Of a stretch of 32,300 nt of DNA, positions 23,364 to 32,300 are shown piece by piece; the stretch's first letter is position 1; each line of letters starts with the position of its first letter. Position numbers and translations under genes: made by a program. The notes under the pieces were generated by a model that ran no database searches, had not been told where the DNA came from, and worked only from the letters and a program-made list of their open reading frames with translations. The stretch is taken from the NCBI GenBank assembly GCA_039811545.1, contig JBDHYV010000001.1, positions 1-32,300 of the forward strand, read 5' to 3'. This stretch comes from Bacteroidales bacterium (lineage in GTDB: Bacteria; Bacteroidota; Bacteroidia; Bacteroidales; F082).

Positions 23364-24617
23364 TTAGGGCACAAATTTTTTAAAGATAATGGAAGCATTG
23401 TGTCCGCCAAATCCGAATGTATTTGTAAGTGCGTAGTTTACAACGCGTTTGCGAGCTTTCCAGAAAGTAAAATCGAGATTGTTATCAATTTCCAGATCAT
23501 CCGTAAAGTGGTTGATAGTAGGTGGAATGATATCGTTTTTCACTGCGAGCAGTGTTGCGATGGCTTCAATCACGCCGGCACCGCCCAACAAGTGGCCAGT
23601 CATTGACTTGGTAGAGTTGATGCTGATGTTGTAGGCATGTTCGCCAAAGAGGCTCACTATAGATTTTGGTTCGGCAATATCGCCTTGAGGTGTTGACGTA
23701 CCGTGTGTGTTGATGTGGTCAATATCTTGAGGTTTAATGCCTGCGTCATTAAGTGCGCGTTGCATGCTGAGTTTTGCGCCAAGTCCTTCGGGATGAGGCG
23801 ATGTCATGTGGTTGGCATCGGCCGAGAGGCCACAGCCCACCAGTTCGGCATAGATTTTGGCGCCTCTGGCCAGTGCATGTTCCAACTCTTCGAGGATGAT
23901 TCCGCCGCCACCTTCGCCCATAACAAAGCCATCGCGGTCTTTGTCAAACGGCCGCGAGCCTGTTTTCGGGTCATCGTTGCGGGTAGAGATGGCGTGCATG
24001 GCGTTGAATCCGCCCACACCGGCTTCGGCAATAGATGCCTCGGAGCCGCCGGCCACTATGGCCACTGCTTTGCCTAGCCTGATATAGTTGAAAGCATCAA
24101 CAAGGCTGTTAGCCGATGAGGCACAGGCCGAAACAGTAGCAAAGTTGGGGCCGCGGAAGCCGTGTTTAATCGAGATGTGACCGGCAGTGATGTCGGCAAT
24201 CATCTTGGGGATGAAAAAAGGATTAAACCGAGGGGTGCCATCGCCGGTTGCGAAGGCAGCCACTTCTTCGGAGAATGTAATAAGCCCGCCTATGCCTGAC
24301 GACCAGATTACGCCCACCTCGTCCAAATCGGTTTTCCCGTTGATCAGACCGGAGTCGGCAATAGCCTCGTCCGATGCAATCAGCCCAAACTGGGCGTAAA
24401 GGTCGTACTTGCGTACGTCCTTCCGGTCGAAATAGTTTTTGGAGTCGTAATTTTTAACTTCGCAGGCAAAGCGGGTCTTAAATTTGGAGGCGTCAAAGCG
24501 GGTAATATCAGCAGCGCCGTTCTCGCCATTGATCAGACCCTCCCAATAGGAAGCGACATTGTTACCAATCGGTGTGATAGCACCTAATCCTGTTACTACT
24601 ACTCGTTTTAGCTCCAT
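23364..24617 (-). CDS. fabF: beta-ketoacyl-ACP synthase II
   Basis: 417 aa with the active-site ACASS, HGTSTP and GHLLGGAG motifs. It lies directly downstream of acpP. Confidence 0.96.
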   Translation of the reverse strand: MELKRVVVTGLGAITPIGNNVASYWEGLINGENGAADITRFDASKFKTRFACEVKNYDSKNYFDRKDVRKYDLYAQFGLIASDEAIADSGLINGKTDLDEVGVIWSSGIGGLITFSEEVAAFATGDGTPRFNPFFIPKMIADITAGHISIKHGFRGPNFATVSACASSANSLVDAFNYIRLGKAVAIVAGGSEASIAEAGVGGFNAMHAISTRNDDPKTGSRPFDKDRDGFVMGEGGGGIILEELEHALARGAKIYAELVGCGLSADANHMTSPHPEGLGAKLSMQRALNDAGIKPQDIDHINTHGTSTPQGDIAEPKSIVSLFGEHAYNISINSTKSMTGHLLGGAGVIEAIATLLAVKNDIIPPTINHFTDDLEIDNNLDFTFWKARKRVVNYALTNTFGFGGHNASIIFKKFVP

Positions 24618-24628
24618 AAAAATAAGTC

Positions 24629-24865
24629 TTAACCTTTTTTCTCTTCAATAAACCTGATAGCATCGCCAACAGTGGCAATCTTTTCAGCCTGATCGTCCGG
24701 AATTGCGATATTGAATACTTTTTCAAATTCCATGATCAGTTCGACGGTGTCGAGTGAGTCGGCGCCAAGGTCGTTGGTAAAACTAGCTTCAGCGGTAACT
24801 TCGGCCGGTTCAACACCTAATTTTTCCACAATAATGGATACGATTTTGTCTTTGATTTCTGACAT
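24629..24865 (-). CDS. acpP: acyl carrier protein
   Basis: From the ATG at 24865: [18 protein letters not shown]...[17 protein letters not shown] (phosphopantetheine Ser motif), 78 aa. Confidence 0.96.
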   Translation of the reverse strand: MSEIKDKIVSIIVEKLGVEPAEVTAEASFTNDLGADSLDTVELIMEFEKVFNIAIPDDQAEKIATVGDAIRFIEEKKG

Positions 24866-25004
24866 AACTGATAAAGTTTTAGTTAAACAGCGCTGCAAAA
24901 TAAAGGAATTACAGCAAGATACACAAGTTTATTTCTTAATACGCTGATTGTATGATATATAACATTATATTTATGAAAACATCCAGTCTAAAAAGGGCTT
25001 CGTC

Positions 25005-25712
25005 TCATGCCTCCTCATCCTCATTTTGGTCTTTGAGGCTCTTATTGGTTCCTTCGATGATAATGACGATTTCGCCTTTCACTTCATGTTGGCCAAAGTG
25101 GGCAATCAGTTCATCCAGCGTGCCACGTTTATTTTCTTCAAACATTTTGGTCAATTCTCGTGCGACACAAGCCCGACGGTTGTTTCCGGCAGTTTGCGCC
25201 AGTTGTTCGAGGGTTTTTGTCAGGCGGTGTGGCGACTCGTACAAGATTGTAGTGTATGGATTGTTGGCAATTGCTGTGATGCGTTTGAGGCGGCCTTTTT
25301 TGTGTGGCAAAAAGCCTTCGAAAACAAACCTTTCGGCGGGCAGTCCCGAGTTAACCAGGGCTGGCACAAAGGCCGTTGGGCCGGGCAGGCATTCCACTTC
25401 AACAGATGCTGCAATGGCCGCCCTCACGAGCAGAAAACCCGGATCGGAAATGGCCGGAGTGCCCGCATCAGTAACTAAAGCAATCGTAGCTCCTGATTGG
25501 ATTCGCCCGATGAGTTGTTCCACCATGCGGTGTTCATTATGCTGATGAAAGGCCACCACAGGCTTGCTGATGTTATAATGTTTCAGCAAAATGGAGGTTT
25601 TTCGGGTGTCTTCGGCAGCCACCAGATCCACCTCTTTTAATATACGAAGTGCCCTTAATGTGATATCTTCGAGATTCCCGATAGGAGTTGGCACAAGAAA
25701 AAGTTTCGACAT
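25005..25712 (-). CDS. rsmI: 16S rRNA (cytidine1402-2'-O)-methyltransferase
   Basis: LFLVPTPIGNLEDITLRALRILKEVDLVAAEDTR is the RsmI N-terminal signature; 235 aa. Confidence 0.93.
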   Translation of the reverse strand: MSKLFLVPTPIGNLEDITLRALRILKEVDLVAAEDTRKTSILLKHYNISKPVVAFHQHNEHRMVEQLIGRIQSGATIALVTDAGTPAISDPGFLLVRAAIAASVEVECLPGPTAFVPALVNSGLPAERFVFEGFLPHKKGRLKRITAIANNPYTTILYESPHRLTKTLEQLAQTAGNNRRACVARELTKMFEENKRGTLDELIAHFGQHEVKGEIVIIIEGTNKSLKDQNEDEEA

Positions 25713-25784
25713 CTGGCGTTTTTTAGCTTGTTTGACCTGTATCTAATTGGATTTCTGTTTGTTAAAATTTAATGCAAGGTTTTA

Positions 25785-26576
25785 TTAAGCCTCTTCTCCA
25801 AAACGTCGTTCGATGAGGTTGTGAATACGTTCAAGGGCCGGGCCATGGTTTTCCCAACGGTGTTGCACGCTCAGCTCGATAAGGTAGGTTTTTGCGCCAT
25901 TGTAGCTCTCAAAACTATTCAACTCATCGAGGGCACGGTTGTAATATTGAATATTCCCTTCAAAAAGCTCGTTGATCATCAGGAACTTGTCGTTTATGCC
26001 GATAGCTTCTCGCAGGTCGCGGATTTTGGAATGTTCAATTTTTTTTGCCAGACTGTTATCCGAAACCTGCAATTTGTCGGCCAGGATAGTAGTTTCGCCA
26101 AAAAGGTCGAGCGTGGTGGGTTGGGGCTCTGTTTTTTGTTTCTGCTGTGTTATTTCGGGCGAGACGATATCCGACTTTGTATCTCTCTCCTGAGACATGG
26201 GCTGGGGTTCGGCGGGATGATTTTCGACGGCGGGATGATTTTTGTCATCCTCAGCTAAAGAAGAAAAGCCGGTGTTTGAATCAGTTTCGGCGACAATGGT
26301 TTTTGGCTGTTCGTAATAGTTTTCCGTCCTTTGGTAGTTTTTAGTGGCTGTGTGCCTGTCGTTACCCGATGCTGCTGCCGATTCGGGCCAATAACCTTCA
26401 CCGGATTTGAGTTGCAAAACCACATCGTAGAGTGATCTTGTTTTATCGCGCAATAGGCTAGTATCAATGGGATGAATGACACCGCCTTCCGTTTCAAGGA
26501 GTTCGATATGTTGTTGCATCTCGGCCACTATCATTTGTATCTGACTTAAAAGGCCCATATTTTTCATTTTATCCAT
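25785..26576 (-). CDS. conserved hypothetical protein with a low-complexity central linker
   Basis: 263-aa ORF. The N-terminal (about 60 aa) and C-terminal (about 100 aa, ..[24 protein letters not shown]..) regions look structured. They are separated by a Q/E/P/T-rich stretch. Alternative starts at 26567 or 26558. Confidence 0.7.
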   Translation of the reverse strand: MDKMKNMGLLSQIQMIVAEMQQHIELLETEGGVIHPIDTSLLRDKTRSLYDVVLQLKSGEGYWPESAAASGNDRHTATKNYQRTENYYEQPKTIVAETDSNTGFSSLAEDDKNHPAVENHPAEPQPMSQERDTKSDIVSPEITQQKQKTEPQPTTLDLFGETTILADKLQVSDNSLAKKIEHSKIRDLREAIGINDKFLMINELFEGNIQYYNRALDELNSFESYNGAKTYLIELSVQHRWENHGPALERIHNLIERRFGEEA

Positions 26577-26618
26577 TGGAGTACAAATCTATTGAACGTT
26601 TATTTTCATTTGAATGGT

Positions 26619-26626
26619 TACATTTG
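26619..26626 (+). promoter_or_regulatory. candidate -7 box TACATTTG for tdk
   Basis: Perfect TAnnTTTG, 40 nt upstream of the tdk ATG at 26666. The -33 element is not convincing. Confidence 0.35.
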
Positions 26627-26665
26627 CAGCATGTAAAATTAGCCAAAACCGCAATATCCACATTC

Positions 26666-27256
26666 ATGTTTCTCGAAAAAGACACCAATATTACAAACAA
26701 AGGCGGCTGGATTGAGGTGATCTGCGGCAGTATGTTTTCGGGCAAGACCGAAGAGCTGATCCGCAGGCTCAACCGCGCCCGTATTGCCAAGCAAAAAGTG
26801 GAGGTTTTTAAGCCGTACATTGACAAACGTTATAGTGAAGAAGATGTTGTGTCGCACAACGCCAACGCAATCCGTTCGATACCGGTTGAGAGTGCTTCTC
26901 AGATTTTATTTTATGCCAACGATGTGGATGTGATCTGCATTGACGAAGCACAGTTTTTCGACAGCGAGCTGCCTTCGGTCTGCACCCAGTTAGCCAATCG
27001 CGGTGTTCGGGTGATTGTGGCCGGCCTCGACATGGATTTTCAGTCTAACCCTTTCGGTCCAATGCCCCAATTGTTGGCAGTGGCCGAATATGTAACCAAG
27101 GTTCACGCCATCTGTATGCATTGCGGCAATCTGGCACATGTTTCGCATCGCATTGTGGAAGGTGAACGATTGGTTCTTTTGGGCGAGACCGAGAGCTACG
27201 AGCCGCTTTGCAGGGTGTGCTACAACAAAGTCAGGGCAGCCGCTGCAAAGAAATAA
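26666..27256 (+). CDS. tdk: thymidine kinase
   Basis: From the ATG at 26666: ..[21 protein letters not shown] (P-loop), DEAQFF, and C-terminal zinc-ribbon cysteines CMHCG..CRVCY. Confidence 0.95.
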   Translation: MFLEKDTNITNKGGWIEVICGSMFSGKTEELIRRLNRARIAKQKVEVFKPYIDKRYSEEDVVSHNANAIRSIPVESASQILFYANDVDVICIDEAQFFDSELPSVCTQLANRGVRVIVAGLDMDFQSNPFGPMPQLLAVAEYVTKVHAICMHCGNLAHVSHRIVEGERLVLLGETESYEPLCRVCYNKVRAAAAKK

Positions 27257-27358
27257 GAAATCTGAACTACCCCAAAATCTTCCTCGAACACTCGGTGGCG
27301 GCATCCTCATTTCAAAGGCTTTGCTTATTTTTGCCGTTTCAATTAATTCAAAAATGTT

Positions 27359-27985
27359 ATGAGAACCCTCATTTTTGCACTTGTGATGGGCTTCGCCCTT
27401 AGCCTTTCGGCACAACAAAAGGCCGAAACCATGGTTGTGATCAAAACGAATTATGGCAATATGACTGCCAAATTGTACAACGACACGCCGCAGCATCGCG
27501 ATAATTTCATTAAATTAGTGAAACAAGGATGGTACACCGACTCTCCTTTCCACCGTGTGATTAAAAATTTCATGATTCAGGGTGGAGGTAACAAAGACGG
27601 GCGTACCGATCCGGGTTATACGGTAGAAGCCGAATTTCGTCCGCAGCATATCCATAAAAAAGGCGCATTATCCGCTGCCCGTAAGGCCGATCAGGTGAAT
27701 CCCGAGCGCCGTTCGTCGGGCTCACAGTTTTACATTGTTCAAGGCCAGCAATTAGATGAGGCATCGCTCAACAGTTTTTCACAGCGCACCGGCATCAGCT
27801 ATACCGATGAACAAAAGAAAGTCTATTCCACTAAAGGCGGCACGCCCCATCTCGATGGCACATACACCATTTTTGGGGAAGTGATTGACGGTTTTGATGT
27901 GATTGATAAGATAGCCGCAGTGCAGACCGGGCAGGGTGATAAGCCTGTGAAGCCGGTTACGATGAAAATCGAGATTTTAAAATAA
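27359..27985 (+). CDS. peptidylprolyl isomerase, cyclophilin type, secreted
   Basis: The signal peptide MRTLIFALVMGFALSLSAQ is followed by FHRVIKNFMIQGG and ..GSQFYIV.. cyclophilin motifs. Confidence 0.93.
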   Translation: MRTLIFALVMGFALSLSAQQKAETMVVIKTNYGNMTAKLYNDTPQHRDNFIKLVKQGWYTDSPFHRVIKNFMIQGGGNKDGRTDPGYTVEAEFRPQHIHKKGALSAARKADQVNPERRSSGSQFYIVQGQQLDEASLNSFSQRTGISYTDEQKKVYSTKGGTPHLDGTYTIFGEVIDGFDVIDKIAAVQTGQGDKPVKPVTMKIEILK

Positions 27986-28014
27986 GTTGTGAACCTAACT
28001 CCCACACACAGCCG

Positions 28015-29031
28015 ATGAAAACCAGAATTGCAGCTTTGCTTGCCGACATCCAGCAGTTTCAGGCGCAAAGCAAAGAACAGGTCGAAGAATTTCGCTTGAA
28101 ATACCTGAGCAAAAAGGGATTGGTTCATTCTCTTTTTGACGATTTCAAGCAAGTTCAGCCCGAAAACCGCAAGGAGATGGGCATGTTGCTCAACGAGCTG
28201 AAGACCAAGGCACAAGAGATTTTCGAACGGCAGTCGGAAGCCTTCGCCGGCGACCAGCAAAGCATGAGCAAGATTGACACCAGCCTTCCGGCAGGTGAGG
28301 CTTCGGGAGGACGACATCCTATTTCTATTGTCCGGCGCAACCTCAATAGTATATTCGAGCGTTTGGGTTTTATCATTGCTGAAGGGCCAGAGATTGAAGA
28401 CGATTTTCATAATTTCACGGCCTTAAACTTTCCCGAAGAACATCCGGCCCGCGACATGCAAGACACCTTTTTTATCGGCAAGTCGCCCGATGTGGCTCTT
28501 CGCACCCACACTTCGAGTGTGCAGGTGAGGGTTATGGAACAGGGCAAACTTCCCATTCGCATCATTGCTCCGGGCCGAGTGTTTCGCAACGAAGCCATTT
28601 CGGCGCGTGCGCATTGTATTTTCCATCAGATCGAAGGGCTTTATATTGACAAGGATGTATCGTTTGCCGACCTAAAACAGACTCTTTACTTCTTTGCCCG
28701 TGAGTTTTTCGGCTCCGAAACGCGCATTCGTTTCCGTCCTTCCTATTTCCCCTTTACCGAAATCTCGGCCGAGATGGACGTGTCGTGCAATATTTGTGGT
28801 GGCAAAGGCTGCAACATTTGTAAATACAGCGGATGGGTGGAAATTCTTGGTTGCGGTATGGTAGATCCCCATGTGCTGGAGGCCTGCGGGATTGACAGCC
28901 ACCAGTATAGCGGCTACGCCTTTGGAATGGGTATCGAACGCATCACCATGATGAAATATCAGATTAACGACCTGCGTCTGTTTTTCGAAAACGACCTACG
29001 CTTTCTCAAGCAGTTTGACCAGTTGGTCTGA
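28015..29031 (+). CDS. pheS: phenylalanine--tRNA ligase subunit alpha
   Basis: 338 aa with HPARDMQDTFF, RVFRNE and GYAFGMGIERI class II aaRS motifs. Confidence 0.96.
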   Translation: MKTRIAALLADIQQFQAQSKEQVEEFRLKYLSKKGLVHSLFDDFKQVQPENRKEMGMLLNELKTKAQEIFERQSEAFAGDQQSMSKIDTSLPAGEASGGRHPISIVRRNLNSIFERLGFIIAEGPEIEDDFHNFTALNFPEEHPARDMQDTFFIGKSPDVALRTHTSSVQVRVMEQGKLPIRIIAPGRVFRNEAISARAHCIFHQIEGLYIDKDVSFADLKQTLYFFAREFFGSETRIRFRPSYFPFTEISAEMDVSCNICGGKGCNICKYSGWVEILGCGMVDPHVLEACGIDSHQYSGYAFGMGIERITMMKYQINDLRLFFENDLRFLKQFDQLV

Positions 29032-29172
29032 GTCGTTTTCTTATCTGGCCTTTGCCAACTATTGTTGAAGAGGAATTTTCAGCATCACTTTTTCAAATTA
29101 CGGGATTCACCGTATTTGCGGCCGTGTTTTTTCATCATTTCTTTGTGTTACTCATTTAAACTCAACAAAGCA

Positions 29173-29706
29173 ATGAAAACACGATTCTTTACGCACTGGG
29201 GCATGATGTCGCTGGTGATGGCGGCACTGCTGATTAGTTCATGTAAAAAAGACGACGATGGTGGCGGAGGCGGGCCTGCTGCCGAAGGCACCATCACAGC
29301 CAAAGTTGATGGCACAAGGGTTACCACAATTTCAATGGTAACATTTGCTACCCGACAGGACAACTTCCTTAATCTTCAGGGAAACACCGGCGGCACTTCA
29401 TCCAAAGCTTTTAATTTTGCCATTTTAGGAACGGTGTCGCCGGGCACATACTCCATTGGGGGTGGAGCAAATATTTCCAACACAGCGACATACGTGGAAA
29501 CCGAAATTAACCTTTCTAATCCAACACAACCGGTGGTTAAAACCTGGTCGGCACCTTATGATGCCAGCGCTGTCGGCGAAATCAAAATTTCGGAGATTAC
29601 CGCTACCCATGTCATCGGCACTTTCAGTTTTAAAGGAAAAAATGATGACGGCAGCACGAAAAACGTGACCGATGGTTCATTTAATGTGAAATTCCTTGGT
29701 TACTAA
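29173..29706 (+). CDS. hypothetical lipoprotein (small beta-rich; possibly DUF6252-like, unsure)
   Basis: From the ATG at 29173: MKTRFFTHWGMMSLVMAALLISSCKKDDDGGGGG.. This is a lipobox Cys and Gly linker, followed by ..ITAKVDG..GTYSIG..GTFSFKGKNDDG..GSFNVKF. Confidence 0.7.
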   Translation: MKTRFFTHWGMMSLVMAALLISSCKKDDDGGGGGPAAEGTITAKVDGTRVTTISMVTFATRQDNFLNLQGNTGGTSSKAFNFAILGTVSPGTYSIGGGANISNTATYVETEINLSNPTQPVVKTWSAPYDASAVGEIKISEITATHVIGTFSFKGKNDDGSTKNVTDGSFNVKFLGY

Positions 29707-29755
29707 TCCATATCACAACACCGCCTACTTATTTTACAACCATCTCGTTTAAACC

Positions 29756-29802
29756 AAAAAACAGCATTTCAATGGCTATAACGCTTTGATTTGCTGTTTT
29801 TT
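29756..29802. terminator. bidirectional terminator between the convergent lipoprotein gene and dnaG
   Basis: AAAAAACAGCA ... TGCTGTTTTTT forms a 7-bp CAGCA-type stem extended by an inner TCAA/TTGA pairing. A and T runs flank it on both sides. Confidence 0.55.
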
Positions 29803-29819
29803 ATTTTTCGCCCAGTGGT

Positions 29820-31766
29820 TTACTTGACGATGATAATGCCCAATTTATTGTTGATAACCTGTCTCAGGCGATCGAGTTTGCTTTTTTCGTTCAAAAGCTG
29901 TAATTGTTCTTCAAAGGTGATGGTTTGTCTAAGCTGTTCTGAAACTTTCTGCATCCGTTGCTGCACAACATAATCTTTGAAGCGGTAAACGGTTTCGATG
30001 ATAGCTTCTTTCAGCACGTCTTCCTCCGTTTTGACATTGATTTTTTTTCTTTCCCAGTTGTCGAGCAGATATGGGGTAGTGAGCAGGTCAATGGCCAACA
30101 GGGCTATATCTGGCTCGTGGTGGTGGATAAAATATTTCTCTGAAGGCACTACACCTTCTTTCAGAGCTTCCACAAAATGTGTTTGTATTTTTTGGTGTGT
30201 CGGTTCGCTAAACCAGAGGTTGTCATACAGCAAGTCGTCAATAATGAACCGGGCAATATTTTCGGTTGTGGAAACAGGGAAGTTATGTTCGTCCACATAT
30301 TCGATAAGGATTTCTTTGTTTCCATATTGGAGTAGGAGTTTTATCAGTTCGCGCTCCTGATAGTACCCCGGCTGTTCTTCTGGTGCTGTTGGCTCTGTTT
30401 TTGGCTGTTCGGGTGCTTTAACGGGTTCTTCGGGAAGGTTGGTTTCGCCCGTACGCTTTTTAAATTTCAGCCTAAGGAGTTTATTCAACTCGTTGAGCAG
30501 CAGTTGTTCTTCCACTTCAAGCAATCGGCTGCATTCTTTGATATAAACCGAGCGGTAGATTGGTTCGGGAATCAGCGAGATTGTATGTACGATTTCTTTT
30601 ATTAATCCGGCCTTTTTCAAGGGGTCGTCGCCCGATTGCCGTATCAGCAGTTTTGTTTTGTAGCTGATGAAGTCGGCAGCATTTTGTGTGATGAAATCTT
30701 CCACATCGCTGCTGCGGTTTTTTCTGACGAAGCTGTCTGGGTCGTCGCCCTCGGGCAGGAGTAACACGCGCACGTTCATGCCTTCTTCGAGGATCATATC
30801 TGTTCCGCGAAGCGAGGCATTGATACCGGCCTGGTCGCCATCGTAAAGGATAGTAATGTTGTTGGTAAATCGCCGGATAAGCCTTATCTGGTCGGTGGTG
30901 AGGCTGGTGCCGGAGCTGGCAACTACGTTTTCGATTCCAGCCTGATGCAGCGAAATGACATCGGTATAGCCTTCAACGAGCAGGCAGTTGTCGGTACGGG
31001 AGATGGCATTCTTGGCGAAATAGATACCATAGAGGCTTTTACTTTTGTTGTAAAGCTCCGATTCCGGGGAGTTGAGATATTTGGCTTTGGTTTTATCGCC
31101 CGTGAGAATTCTTCCGCCAAAGCCAATAACTTTTCCGGTGAGGTTGTGGATGGGGAAAAGCACTCTACCCTGAAAGCGGTCGTAAAGATACTCCTCGCTG
31201 CCGACAGAAAGTCCGGTTTTCAAGAGCAGCTCGGCGGTATAGGCGTTCTGGGTTGCGAAAACAGAGAATGAGTCGCGGCTTTCGGGCGAGTAGCCTAACT
31301 GGAACTTTTTAATGGTGGCTTCTTTAAAGTCGCGTTCTTTCAGGTAACTGAGGCCAACGGCGCGGCCTTCGTTGCTCTCGAACAAGATTTTAGAAAAATA
31401 TTGCTGGGCAAAGGTGTTGAGGTTGAACATCCTTTCCCTTTCGTTGATGGCGGCCAACTCTTCGGGTGTTTGCTCGTGCTCTTCAATCTCGATTTGATAT
31501 TTGCGGGCAAGGTAGCGCAAGGCTTCCGGATAGCTAATATGCTCGTGTTCAATGATAAAACGTGCCACATCACCGCCTTTACCACATCCAAAACATTTGA
31601 AAAAACCTTTGGAAGGCGACACGGTGAACGAGGGTGTCTTCTCCTGATGAAAAGGACATAGGCCGATAAGGTTGGCCCCACGACGTTTTAGGTTCACAAA
31701 TTCGCCCACCACCTCTTCGATGCGGGCAGTATCCATGATGCTGGCAATAGTGTGTGGAGGTATCAA
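29820..31766 (-). CDS. dnaG: DNA primase
   Basis: Zinc-finger CPFHQEKTPSFTVSPSKGFFKCFGCGKGGD and TOPRIM LVEGYTDV..DGDQAG motifs. The N-terminus IPPHTIASIMDTARIEEVV aligns with usual DnaG N-termini, which implies the TTG start at 31766. Confidence 0.95.
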   Translation of the reverse strand: MIPPHTIASIMDTARIEEVVGEFVNLKRRGANLIGLCPFHQEKTPSFTVSPSKGFFKCFGCGKGGDVARFIIEHEHISYPEALRYLARKYQIEIEEHEQTPEELAAINERERMFNLNTFAQQYFSKILFESNEGRAVGLSYLKERDFKEATIKKFQLGYSPESRDSFSVFATQNAYTAELLLKTGLSVGSEEYLYDRFQGRVLFPIHNLTGKVIGFGGRILTGDKTKAKYLNSPESELYNKSKSLYGIYFAKNAISRTDNCLLVEGYTDVISLHQAGIENVVASSGTSLTTDQIRLIRRFTNNITILYDGDQAGINASLRGTDMILEEGMNVRVLLLPEGDDPDSFVRKNRSSDVEDFITQNAADFISYKTKLLIRQSGDDPLKKAGLIKEIVHTISLIPEPIYRSVYIKECSRLLEVEEQLLLNELNKLLRLKFKKRTGETNLPEEPVKAPEQPKTEPTAPEEQPGYYQERELIKLLLQYGNKEILIEYVDEHNFPVSTTENIARFIIDDLLYDNLWFSEPTHQKIQTHFVEALKEGVVPSEKYFIHHHEPDIALLAIDLLTTPYLLDNWERKKINVKTEEDVLKEAIIETVYRFKDYVVQQRMQKVSEQLRQTITFEEQLQLLNEKSKLDRLRQVINNKLGIIIVK

Positions 31767-32018
31767 GTTGCGCTTTTTTGGTGCGAAGGTACGATATAAG
31801 CTTATAAAAATACTACTTTTACAACAGGATAAAGCCCGTTATGAAGTGGGCCAAAGGCTTGGTTATGGAGGGTTTTTGATTCAGCCACTCAGCCCGCATA
31901 ACCTGTTTATCGGCCTGTTTCGCTTTGATGCTGTGAAATAATTTATAAAAATCTGATTATCTGTTATTAATTATACATTTCTCCAATTGTCATCCATTCT
32001 AAACTCAATCTTATACAC

Positions 32019-32219
32019 ATGACAAACGTTAAAAAACTCTATCGTTCGCGCTTCAATCGCATCCTTGGGGGTGTTTGCTATGGTTTGGCCGACTACCTTA
32101 ACCTTGACCCCACCATCGTAAGGGTTGGCTGGATTCTTTTCACCCTATTGGGTGGGGCCGGGCTTTTGGCCTATCTTGTCTGCTGGATTATTGTTCCCGA
32201 ATCGCCCACTGGCATTTAA
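32019..32219 (+). CDS. PspC-domain membrane protein
   Basis: 66 aa: KLYRSRFNRILGGVCYGLADYLNLDPTIVRVGWILFTLLGGAGLLAYLVCWIIVP is the canonical PspC domain. Confidence 0.88.
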   Translation: MTNVKKLYRSRFNRILGGVCYGLADYLNLDPTIVRVGWILFTLLGGAGLLAYLVCWIIVPESPTGI

Positions 32220-32300
32220 TTTTCCGGCTTTTCATCCACTGGCTGGTCAATTGCAGTATTATGGGTTTCGTTTTCTTCGTCAAGCGATGCTATTAATCTG
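32216..32300 (-). CDS. 3' end of an unidentified gene entering from the right edge
   Basis: This is the only minus-strand frame open to the window edge: ..RLIASLDEENETHNTAIDQPVDEKPEN-stop. Its stop (32216-32218) overlaps the PspC stop codon. It is too short to assign. Confidence 0.3.
   Translation of the reverse strand, partial: RLIASLDEENETHNTAIDQPVDEKPEN

Noticed and set aside
24952-25545. 197-aa and 150-aa plus-strand ORFs
   Set aside because: Both are antisense to rsmI. The translations are Ser/Arg/Ala-rich and typical of the wrong strand.
26990-27496. 168-aa minus-strand ORF spanning the tdk/cyclophilin junction
   Set aside because: It overlaps two confidently called plus-strand genes and has no recognisable motifs.
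27823-28410. 195-aa minus-strand ORF
   Set aside because: It is antisense to the cyclophilin 3' end and the pheS 5' region, both of which are strongly supported.
1-32300. tRNA, rRNA, tmRNA, RNase P RNA, SRP RNA, IS elements, integrases, defence genes
   Set aside because: I looked for T-loop GGTTCGAATCC-like motifs, for the conserved cores of RNase P, tmRNA and SRP RNA, and for transposase, integrase or nuclease-type ORFs, and found none. A covariance-model scan could still reveal small RNAs that I cannot see by eye.

Overview
This window reads as a Bacteroidota chromosomal segment. The evidence is a TonB-dependent receptor next to a DUF4249 lipoprotein, an IPExxxVDY-type gene after rnc, TAnnTTTG -7 boxes, and the absence of Shine-Dalgarno sequences. 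Most of it (about 3.1-32.3 kb) is ordinary, confidently assignable housekeeping DNA. It contains prs-rplY-pth and a long co-directional fatty-acid beta-oxidation cluster on the minus strand (MarR, HADH/ECH, thiolase, 594-aa acyl-CoA dehydrogenase, hotdog protein, acyl-CoA synthetase, NMO/FabK-like, short acyl-CoA dehydrogenase, etfB, etfA). It also contains a second NMO paralog transcribed divergently from MarR, a LiaF-like/LytS-type kinase/LytTR regulator module, and the conserved acpP-fabF-rnc-IPExxxVDY block. The remaining genes are rsmI, tdk, a cyclophilin, pheS, dnaG and a PspC-domain gene. I found no rRNA, tRNA, CRISPR array, transposase, integrase or recognisable defence gene. The only accessory-looking part is the AT-rich left end (1-3113). 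It holds an orphan lipoprotein, DUF4249 and a TBDR start, followed by about 1 kb with almost no solid coding capacity. That 1 kb contains a 69-aa stand-alone HTH ORF ending at a T7 slippage-prone run, a 14-bp perfect palindrome plus an extra half-site, a candidate convergent sRNA with a Bacteroidota-type promoter and intrinsic terminator, a hairpin-dense stretch, and a 14-nt tandem repeat in the pth 3' UTR. I do not see a convincing new multi-gene system. The left-end islet is the best place to look, and everything there is hypothesis level. All calls rest on reading the sequence and the ORF translations; no searches or folding computations were run.
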